From a virus: a stretch of DNA of 64,000 nt. Positions 47,299 through 57,100 of the stretch are shown here, piece after piece. Below the pieces are notes generated by a model. It was not told the origin of the DNA. It did no database searches and was given only the letters and a program-made list of their open reading frames with translations. A program made the translations under genes and the position numbers. How positions within the stretch are numbered: position 1 is the first letter of the stretch; every line of letters starts with the position of its first letter. Where the stretch lies: the IMG/VR virus record IMGVR_UViG_3300012953_000014, positions 64,001 to 128,000 of that record. One strand, written 5' to 3'.

Positions 47299-48909
47299 TT
47301 ATACGTTAGGTATCATTTTTTCTACTCTAAATTTAAAATCTTCAGTCTGTTCTCGATAACTCCCGTTTAAGTAATAGCAAAACTTTATGCCATAAGCATA
47401 TCCCGGTTCTAATAAGCCCATATCTAAATCAAAATAACTCCCAGAAACATCGTATGAAAGTTTTGTATGATCTGCACTTCCGGTTCCGTAACTAATAACA
47501 TCATGATTATCAACAACTCTGTAAATTCTAAAATAGGCATCCTCGACAATTGATGTCTCAATATCAGTTGATGCTATTGTATAAATAGTAGGATTCCAGT
47601 TTCTTAAGCGCGTAAACAATCTAAAGCGAGCGAGTTCTTGGTAATGATATTGCTCTCTTAGGTTTGAAATAGTTGTCACATAATCAGGCATTGAGAAGTG
47701 GGCTGAGGTGCTGAAATCTTCTGGATTGATGGAGCCAGTGTGATAATATATCAAATTTGTATCGTTAGCTTCTCCATCAGATGCGGTCCACCAACGATCA
47801 TAAACGATATCACTGCCTGTTGCTATAGCCATAGAAGCAGAATATATTCCTGTTGAAACTTTTCCTCCGGTTATTGGCTGATATATGCTGTCAACGTATG
47901 GCCAAGTTTGTACTCTTGAGCTTCCATCCCCATCAGAGGCGGAAGTGTGAACAGTGACATATATTGAACCAGAAACGTCACCGGATGGATGGGCCAAATC
48001 TTTGAGTTGACCTCTCACATAGTTGTAAAGGTATATTGTATTTAAGTTATCTGCTGCGCTCAGGTTTGAGCTAGAAACAACAAATGTTCCTCTATGATCT
48101 TTTCGAGATGAGTTCCACCTTGCTTCAATGCAGGGTCGCTTAAAGAAGTATTCGCTCGTTCGTGAAGAAAATCTTTTTGTATAATAAGATCTTACAGAAC
48201 TACTTTCTTGGCTTGCTGTTAAATATACTACGACTCCATAGTTAGTGTATCCTGGATTTCCCGCTGGGTTGTTCTGGCCTGTGCCCAAAACCCATTGTTC
48301 CACCAGACCCGTTATATCAACACTGAGATCTTCTACTCCGGTTTCGAATGAGGAGGAATAGTTAAACTCATTGTATCTTGTGACTGGTGAACCATTCCAA
48401 GAGGCACTCAAAATACTGCCACCAGGAGAGGAGACATCCGTGCCGTCTTCGTCTTTGACAACCCAGTTTGTACTAGCTCCTGCGTTTACCCAGTTAGATC
48501 CAGTGCCATCATAAGTTAAGTCTTTGTAGTTGTCTAAATCAACTCCCGAACCTTCTTCCCAGGATTGAGAAAGTGGGGCTACAACTAATGTAAAATTCCT
48601 AGGGAGAGTTTGATCGTGTCTTACATTATAAAGGTTTAAAAAGAAATTTACACTTCCGCTTTTAGGGATGTCTCCGTTTGTTCGATCCTGCTTAATGCTA
48701 GAACCTGTTGTATCGCTGGTCAATATGGGGAACTTGAAAATGGTTCTTGATTTCTCAACGGAAGCACTGTTTTGTTGTCCAAATATTGAAAAAATCTCAA
48801 CACTATCCGCCGCTCCAGCATTGCTACCTGTTGCGCGAGTAGCCAAGTCGGGCTCGTATGCATTTGTTATTGTGTTGTCATCAACTGCAATATATCTTTT
48901 AATAGTCAT
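47299..48909 (-). CDS. Baseplate-associated structural protein
   Basis: TAATG-coupled to gp6-like gene; DNTI..SRTIFKF..SQSWEEG..DITGLV..NYG..P.IE beta-sandwich pattern. Confidence 0.65.
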   Translation of the reverse strand: MTIKRYIAVDDNTITNAYEPDLATRATGSNAGAADSVEIFSIFGQQNSASVEKSRTIFKFPILTSDTTGSSIKQDRTNGDIPKSGSVNFFLNLYNVRHDQTLPRNFTLVVAPLSQSWEEGSGVDLDNYKDLTYDGTGSNWVNAGASTNWVVKDEDGTDVSSPGGSILSASWNGSPVTRYNEFNYSSSFETGVEDLSVDITGLVEQWVLGTGQNNPAGNPGYTNYGVVVYLTASQESSSVRSYYTKRFSSRTSEYFFKRPCIEARWNSSRKDHRGTFVVSSSNLSAADNLNTIYLYNYVRGQLKDLAHPSGDVSGSIYVTVHTSASDGDGSSRVQTWPYVDSIYQPITGGKVSTGIYSASMAIATGSDIVYDRWWTASDGEANDTNLIYYHTGSINPEDFSTSAHFSMPDYVTTISNLREQYHYQELARFRLFTRLRNWNPTIYTIASTDIETSIVEDAYFRIYRVVDNHDVISYGTGSADHTKLSYDVSGSYFDLDMGLLEPGYAYGIKFCYYLNGSYREQTEDFKFRVEKMIPNV

Positions 48910-50708
48910 TATTTAACATCCCCTCTAATATCCGATGCTGGAAACTTAAGTTCCATGATAACATTGTCAGGAACGGTGATGAAGCGCCCATCCGGTGAGG
49001 TCGCTTTGTCAACATTGAATCTGGTTTCTGCATAGTTTAGTCCAGTTTTTGATGTTATCTTAACACTTACCGTATCTACAACACCATCAACTTGGTTTAG
49101 TTCGTTGTAGATATCTGTTATGAAAAACGGTTCTCCGATTTCAAGTTTGTTTTCATAGAATGATGTCAAAGCTTCAATCGCTCTGTTTAAGATAACAAAC
49201 TTATTTGTCTCCAAGTCGCCAACTATGACAAAATCTATACCGAAGTTAACAATCTTTGCATCAATAATATCCACTGTATCATTTATCATTCTGCCTTGGT
49301 TTAACCAAGTTTTAACATTTTGTTTTATTGTTGTGTTTGGAGCCTCTAAGTTGCCTTCTGAAGATTCGCCAATAACATATATGTTTAAGTTTCTTTTAAA
49401 AGAGTCTGGGTCTCTGATGATGTTTGCTCTTTTGATGCCGCCGAACTCCGGGGGCATTGCATATATTAAACTTCTATAATCCTGTTCTGTCACCGCTCTT
49501 CTTTGTGAAGAAAAACTGTCATTTATTCTTATCCTTAGTTCGTCTATTGATGGTAAAGTGACATCGCCATTTATTGGCTTTTCGTTGTTAACCTCTAAAG
49601 AATTAACGATTTCAGATATCTTTGTCGTGCTCAGTTCCATAATGTTGTTGAAGTCAATGATTGGATTAGTTATGGTTGATAAAGAGTTTACAGGGGCATT
49701 AACATTGCCAAACACATTAGTTCTGTATACAACTGTTATATTTGTATTTGCGGGGGCGACACCCAAAGTTGGGGTTCCCAAAAGATTTGTTGGGTCAAAC
49801 GACAAAGAAGAAATATATTCTCTTCCATGAAAGTTGGCGATTGTTTTACTTGGGTCTGTTATGGAATCAGTATTGGTGGCGTCCTCTTTTGCTCCACCAA
49901 ATTGGATTATTGTTGAGTCTTCTAGTTGCTCAACAGTGTATCTTCTTGGAACTATTATGGGTTTTAGCACAGATGGTGTTTTTGCACGATTCGAGTCATA
50001 GTTTTTGACGGGGGCGTATATCACATCTTGTGACAAGTAATCCACCCTAAAATATTCATTACCCTCTGAATCTGTTATAGAAATGATTTCCGAGATGTTT
50101 TCTCCGGAAAGTTCAATCTTCCTAAACTCCTCAAATGATCCTATAGCAAGAACTTCTTGTGAAAGTTCGCCGGAAATAACTTGTCCAGTTGCACGTACTG
50201 CATAATGTGTTGGCAGGCCCGTTGAAGAATTTACTTTTGCAACAACAACTTCGTTGCTTGGATCAGACAAGCTAACATCCTCATTTAATATGAAACCTAT
50301 ACCGCTAGAGGACTGAAGCTCTGTGCCTCGTCTGACATAACCCAAATAAGCAGAATCTGGACCCAAACCTGTGGAAGCTGCTGGAATTATGGCGTAAAAA
50401 GACGCCATACCAAAAGAGGAAGGGCTACCTTTAAATTGATACCCCAACTGTCGACCTAGACGCAATACATTATCATATTCAATCGCAGTATCAAGGAAGC
50501 TTTCGTTTGCACTGTAATCTAAGTAAAAGGATAAAATGTCACCGACATATGAAACTGTGTCAAGCATAAGAGAACCAAAGCCAGCTTCATTGAAGTCTTG
50601 AAATGTATTTGGGTAATACCTTTTTGCATATTCAATCAGATCATTTTTGATTGAATTAAAATCTCTTGATGTATAATTTATGGCTGGATATTGCTTCTTG
50701 ACTGTCAC
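48909..50708 (-). CDS. Baseplate wedge subunit (T4 gp6-like)
   Basis: SRDFNSIKNDL, DFNEAGFG, ESFLDTA, LGYQ, QRRAVTEQDY. Confidence 0.9.
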   Translation of the reverse strand: MTVKKQYPAINYTSRDFNSIKNDLIEYAKRYYPNTFQDFNEAGFGSLMLDTVSYVGDILSFYLDYSANESFLDTAIEYDNVLRLGRQLGYQFKGSPSSFGMASFYAIIPAASTGLGPDSAYLGYVRRGTELQSSSGIGFILNEDVSLSDPSNEVVVAKVNSSTGLPTHYAVRATGQVISGELSQEVLAIGSFEEFRKIELSGENISEIISITDSEGNEYFRVDYLSQDVIYAPVKNYDSNRAKTPSVLKPIIVPRRYTVEQLEDSTIIQFGGAKEDATNTDSITDPSKTIANFHGREYISSLSFDPTNLLGTPTLGVAPANTNITVVYRTNVFGNVNAPVNSLSTITNPIIDFNNIMELSTTKISEIVNSLEVNNEKPINGDVTLPSIDELRIRINDSFSSQRRAVTEQDYRSLIYAMPPEFGGIKRANIIRDPDSFKRNLNIYVIGESSEGNLEAPNTTIKQNVKTWLNQGRMINDTVDIIDAKIVNFGIDFVIVGDLETNKFVILNRAIEALTSFYENKLEIGEPFFITDIYNELNQVDGVVDTVSVKITSKTGLNYAETRFNVDKATSPDGRFITVPDNVIMELKFPASDIRGDVK

Positions 50709-50726
50709 TTGTTTTCCTCTTAATAC

Positions 50727-50735
50727 TTAATTAGT
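50727..50735 (-). promoter_or_regulatory. Putative late-promoter box ACTAATTAA
   Basis: Motif variant in the gap before gp6. Confidence 0.45.
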
Positions 50736-50738
50736 AAT

Positions 50739-51122
50739 TTATGGACTTATTTCTAAAATGTCTACAGTATTTAAAGAAGGTATTGCATACCTTATTTGAA
50801 TATTGATAGAATTGTCATATTCAACCTCTTCGTTAAAGCTTGGAAAAATATTAACCTCAACAAGCTCAATGAATGGCATATATTTGCCAACTTGTTGAGC
50901 AATCCTTGTTCTTATATTACTTCTAACCTGTGCTGTATCGTTTTCAAATAAATAGTTTCTGAGACCTACGCCAAAGTCTGGAATCATCATTCGCTCGCCT
51001 GGAGCTGTGAGAACTAAATTTTTTAAGTTCTGCTGGATTAGTCCCTTGTATCCCTTAATAAGTTTATATGCACCATCAACATTGTCTACATTTAATGGTA
51101 ATTTTGGTGTTAAGCCCGCCAT
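50739..51122 (-). CDS. Baseplate wedge / sheath initiator (gp25/GPW family)
   Basis: QNLKNLVLTAPGERMMIPDFGVGLRNYLFE. Confidence 0.92.
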   Translation of the reverse strand: MAGLTPKLPLNVDNVDGAYKLIKGYKGLIQQNLKNLVLTAPGERMMIPDFGVGLRNYLFENDTAQVRSNIRTRIAQQVGKYMPFIELVEVNIFPSFNEEVEYDNSINIQIRYAIPSLNTVDILEISP

Positions 51123-51123
51123 A

Positions 51124-54100
51124 TTATTCTTCCTCCTCAGTGTCTACATTCTCTACATAGGCGCTAGTATCAATTGGTTCCAAATTACAATCATCTGCTC
51201 TAGTATAATCTCGGCCACCGGCTTCTTTTTGAGCACATCGTCGACTTTCAGCAACGTCACTATTACCTTGGTTTTCAATCCAATCGTAAACACCCAAAGA
51301 GAAGTCATATATCCAACCAAAAGGAACTGTTGGTGGAATCCATGTTGCTCCAAAAATTGCCATTGATATTGGAAGAACTGGAAGATCTGGGATTCTGATT
51401 GTTCTTTCGCACGAGTCTAACATGCCCGCATCTTCAAGGGCATTTTCCCCTTCACCAATTAAATTGTTTGCAGCTCTAATACCTGCATTTGCAGCGAACT
51501 GAATCTGTTTAGATATTGCAATATTAGGATCAAATGTTTCTGTTAATCCTTTTAGGATCATTGGTGGGAACTTAATGGCCAAAGACCACAAATCAACTCC
51601 AGGGGTTTTATTATCTCCATAGGTATCACTAAAATCTGATGTAGCTAAGACCTTGTTGGTCAACGGGTCGGCGTATTGATAGTTTCCACTATTAAGCATG
51701 GCATCAAAAATAATTCTTAACGATTCCTTAGTGTTGTTAAATGTTCTGGTTACGTCACCGTGTGATGCCAAGAATGTCTCTATAAACATAATATTTTGGG
51801 CGAACATTCGATCAACAGGGAACAAATATTTGAAAAACAACTTAAATTCATCAGTGTTTGTTAGAGAATCAATCAAAACTTGATTAACCTTTCTATCATG
51901 ATACATTCTTAATCTATATTTTTCTTCCTCGATGGCATTCAATCCCACTCCAACAAGTTCTGCCAGATTTGTGTCAGAACCAATTGGTTCTTCAACGGCG
52001 ACCACTGGAAATGTAACATATGATTTATCTATTGTTCTTATTGTTTCTTGATTGGTGTTTGCGTCATATTCAGTAACTGTTCCAACCTCATTCATAAGAT
52101 ATGCTTTGTCCCTTTTAATTCCTTCCACCACATTTATATCTCTTGATCTTGCACGGACTTTATTTAATAATGGAGAATCCTCAGATGGTGAGGCGACACA
52201 GGTCATTCTTAAACCGACATTAAGACTTTCAAATAAATCAGAAATCTTAATAACTTGCGACATAACTGTTGCTTCAGTTTGTGGAGTTATGAATACCAAA
52301 TTTTCACCACATTCGGCCTCTGTCATAACAGCTTGAATCAACCTTGGGTTTCCTGGGACATTAACATCAGCATTTATGAGTTGTTCATCTGAGGGTCCAA
52401 AGTTTGAGGTTAACCACTCAGCGAACTTATCAATATTTACAACTCCCGTCTCCGAGGTAGTCATATTATTTAAAATCGCGCTCACTTGATTATATAAGTT
52501 ACCTGAACTGTCTATCTCTTGCAGATCTCTTCTAAGGTTTTCTTGGGACTTATGTCTAACTTTAATATATTTTTCGTATATTACGTTTCCATTATCCATG
52601 AACCAAGTTAGAGGGCTTCCTTTTGGCTCACGCATTTTTCTTAGGCGGCCCATTTCATCAAGAACTTCTTGCCTCTTCCTTCTTCTTCCATCAAGATCTT
52701 TAGCGGACTCGTCTTTTACATATTGTGCAGCATCCTTGATTTTGCCTAAGAAATCAGTATAATCTTTAATCTCCCTATAATCTCTAAAATCTGGAGATAA
52801 CAAGTAAAAAGCTGCTAACTTTGACATCCACCAATCGATTTCCCACATCAAGTGATATGCATATAGATAAACAATTTCCGGAGTGCCCATTCTACTGTAA
52901 TCTGATGTACTGAATGTTGTGTTTCCATCCGTGTATCTTGGGCCATAATGCGCTTGAGTGCCATTGTTATCTCTCAACGATAACATTTCATCAAAAACTT
53001 CTCTAAATGTTTTATTATTGCTCCTCATGAAATCACGGACAATATTGTCACTAACTCCTGTTCTACCGCCTGCTGATTGGAGTCCATATTCGTGACTCTG
53101 CTGGCTTAAAACAGGGTGTCCTCTCTGAAAAGTCGGTCGCCTTGACCAGCCATCTGGTTCTGTTGTCCAGTTTCCGATGGTTGTTCTGTATTGAGTTCTT
53201 GCTGGCTGATAAGCACGATACGTATCATAAAGGCGTGGAATATAGTTTGGATTCGGGTTTTGAAGATTTTCTATTCTATTTTTTAACTGATCTAAAATAA
53301 ATGTTAGAGTTGCTGGTTTCCAGACTTTACCCAATCGTTGAACATGTTTTTGAATAGATGATTGAAGATTTGCTACGGTTGGAAGAGGACGATCATTCCA
53401 TTTGCTATTTAAAAAGTCTTTACCGATTTTATCCAATCTTTTTCTTTCAGAATATGATAAGGCCCAATGATGCTTGTTCGACCAAAATTGCCTCTTTATA
53501 TTTAAATATAACGCCTCATCGTCCCAAACATTCCATTTATCATAATACTCTATTTCCGCTTGTATGTCTTCAGGCAGAGAAGGTATTGTTCCCTCTTGCA
53601 TGTTATACTGCATCATTTTAGGGTGAAACATATCTTCCGCTAAATATTCAGGCTGCGGGAAGTTGAAGTTCTTAGCTTCAGGTAACGTGTCTTGTTCTAT
53701 AAGCCGATAAGTCCATGTCTTTCTTGGCATTCTGTGATATGGAAGTTCCATATTTTTTTTGTGCCCATAGTGAGCAGGCACTTGATTTTCTGGGACTCTT
53801 GGATTTCCATCTGTGTGATAGGGTTCACTGTAGGAGTCCTCATACCATGCATATTTTGGCCCATAAAAAGAATTTGGAGTATATGCCTTTTTAGCTGAAG
53901 GTAGTTCAACCAACCTGTACATAGGATACACATATGTCGATTGGCCTCTGGTTGCATTATAATTTATCCCAACAGGTGTGCTATATGAGGAGCCAGCGTT
54001 ACCTGGCATCAAAACATTTGGACAATTAAATATTTCGAACATCGTTAAAGCAGAACGATATTCATATTCAGAAATACCATCATACCATAAATTTTGATTG

Positions 54101-57100
54101 GTTAACCCAGTTGATTCCCATTCATTATCATTTATCAAAGGATTTTCAAGCTTGTATGGCCAATCTGTTCTTCCAGTATTTGATTGCAACATGTAATCAC
54201 CAAAAGATGGGGTGAACTGGTAATGGATACTAGTCGGATCATAGCGGGGTGGTGATTTTCTTCTGACTTCACTAAATGTGAAAACATTTTCAAGAGTTTT
54301 CTGAGCCGGATCTGAACCTACATTACCAGCAGTAGATACAAATACCTCAACAGATGCTGATAGAAGGTTTCCAGACCCTATCGCTGTATTTGTAGACACA
54401 TTAGTTAAACTGAGGTCTCTCTTATACGCCCAAAATGGCTGCTTTAGAGTGTCGGGTAACGGCAAGTTTTCAAAATGAGATCGCAAAGTCCAATCAAAAG
54501 CCCTACCAAATCCCCAAGAATCATCCACTCTTAAATCTTTTTTCGCTAAGTGGTAAACAATTTCTGCGTATGTTGATGTTGAACTTTCACTATACCATTC
54601 TTCTCTTCTTGCTATTGCTTCCTCGGTCAAGCCATTGTCTCGAAGATATTTTTCATATTTGCTTAACTCATTTAAAATGTTTATTTCTCTTGCAGATATT
54701 CGAGGTTCAGTGGTTAACCTGCTGTTACTGTATCCAACTGGTGTTATCAGTGGCGTAGTTAGTTCTTTGGGCACATCAAACACTGGTATAAATGTATCAG
54801 AAACCACAGAATCAATAGTGTTATCCTGGTTGTTGTCCAAGATTAAATCCATCTTTTGCATGGCCTTATAAAGTTCTACTCTTATAAGATAATCAAGTGC
54901 AGCTTCTTCTTCTTGGATGGGCTCAAGTTCGTCGGTTGGGTTTACACTTGCCATCCTGTTGTAGGTTCTAAAACATTGCAACAAAAATTCATCTGCATAA
55001 CCCTTCTTTCGGATTTCACCAATAGTACGGCCTCCGCCAATCATGCGGTTTCTTATGTACTCCACGAGCGTTTGGTCGATATCTTCTGGTCTTGTGAACT
55101 TAAACTCAGAAAATGCCCAAATGCCTTTTAAAATTGCCTCAATCGCATACACGCGAATTGTTACTATTGTCGCTCCTGAGATAACCGCTGATTCTAAGGC
55201 GTTGTTTTTATTGGTTCCAAGACCATCCTCATTGGGGATATTTTTCTCAACACACTTTGCTATCTTATATTGATTAATGACAATCTGTTTTATTTCATCT
55301 AAGTTTAATAAATGTGGATCTAGACATCCAGCTTCGATTTGGGCGCGGCTTAATCTAGGTGTCAGGTTTACAAGTTCAAGCTGACCTTCTTTAAAGAAGT
55401 CGCTTTCTGAGATTTCACTTGAAAATGTAGTAAAAAAGTCCCTAAATATTTCAACATAAAGAGAGCTTAAGTTTTCCGATGATGATTGGTTTTCTAAAAT
55501 TTGTTCAACGATTGGGTAAAGCCTGGAGCCTGTACCGATTTCATCTTCTACATAGGAAGAATTAATATCCGATGTTGGGCGGATTATTGGACCATCACTA
55601 AAACTCTTATCTAACAAACTAGCAAACAATCTTTCTTGTCTTGATTTATTTAGATAAGAGGGAATGTCTGGATTGAGACTTTGACTAAATATAACGTTGT
55701 ACGCTTGTTTATTTATAGAATCTTCCGTATAATCGTGATATATTAGGTGAACTTGAGAGTTACTGCCATTAGAAGGGGTGTTGGAATAAATGGTAAAATT
55801 ATAAGCCTCTTTATCATCTGATGAAGGATCAAGAGAATCATAGTTAATCAACCATTTGTCCGGCCCCAAACTTAACCCAGCATAACCTTGATTAGCCATT
55901 TGTTGCTCAAATGACCTTCTGAAATCGTTTCCGTTTACGCCGCCGCCATATGAACCAAAACTTTGGACTAGCTGGTTTGGCTGTTCTAATACTAACAGGC
56001 TATTATAATATTTAAAATATGTGGCACTGGTGCCTGTTAGAGATAGGTTGCTTAAGTTTTCTTGCAACCCCGGAACCAGCTTTTGGCTGTTTTTTGGAAT
56101 CAATATTGACGAAGAAATACCATATGCGCTTTGAACCTGTGCTTCAACATCAGGATCTGGACTAAGTTGTCTTGATTGGACTGGACCAATTTGAATCAAA
56201 GGGTTGCCGTCCCTATCACTTCTTGCAGTTGAATCGGGGGTATCTGATGTTAAATACGGATAAGGAAAATCTATCAACGGACGATATCCTTGACCAATAT
56301 AACTTTCGAACTCAGGATTTATAAGATTTAGTGGCAATGTAGGTTGATCATTGTCCTCTCTTATTACATTTTCTCTTTGAATCAAATCCCTATTTGGTTT
56401 GGGAATTGTTCTTTTTACTTCTCTAAAACCATCTGGTGTTTTTTGTTTGAGGGAAGGTATAAAACCTAATACATCCTCGTTGAAGGTTGAGTGAACATTA
56501 TCATATGATGTGTCAACAGTTCTTTTCAACATATGAGTGAAAGACGGGTGATCAATATCTATTAATCCTGGTATGATGTTTCCGTTTTCGTCAAAGGTGC
56601 AGAATGTTGGGGGCAATACGCCTTCTAAAAAGTTATCTTTTTCGAGTAACGATGCTAGATCTGATAGTCTTTTTCGTTTTCTTTGATCTGCATCATCAAT
56701 CTGTTTCTTGGCTTCATCAGCAGATAAACCTTTATCCATCAACAGGCTCATTCTTAAATCACCATATGGATTTTCATTGCACAAACCTTGAAGACGATCG
56801 GGGATTACATCTTGTGCATCTGCAACCACTTTCAGTAGTTCTTCTTCATCCAGCAGCTTTCCAACGCTTTGAAAATAATCACTTACTCTGCTTTCACTAG
56901 AAAATAAATCCTTCAAAGCGTCCGAATACCTATCGGAACCAACAACCACGGTTTTGATTGTGTCTTGAATCTCCGGTGTTCCACCTTGAAGTAATAGTTT
57001 TGACACCTCTCCAGGAGTTAAGATAGCGGACACCTCTGCGATTAACTGATCCATTTCTCCACCGGGGCTGAAGACTCCCTGGTTCAACAGTCTTTGCACC

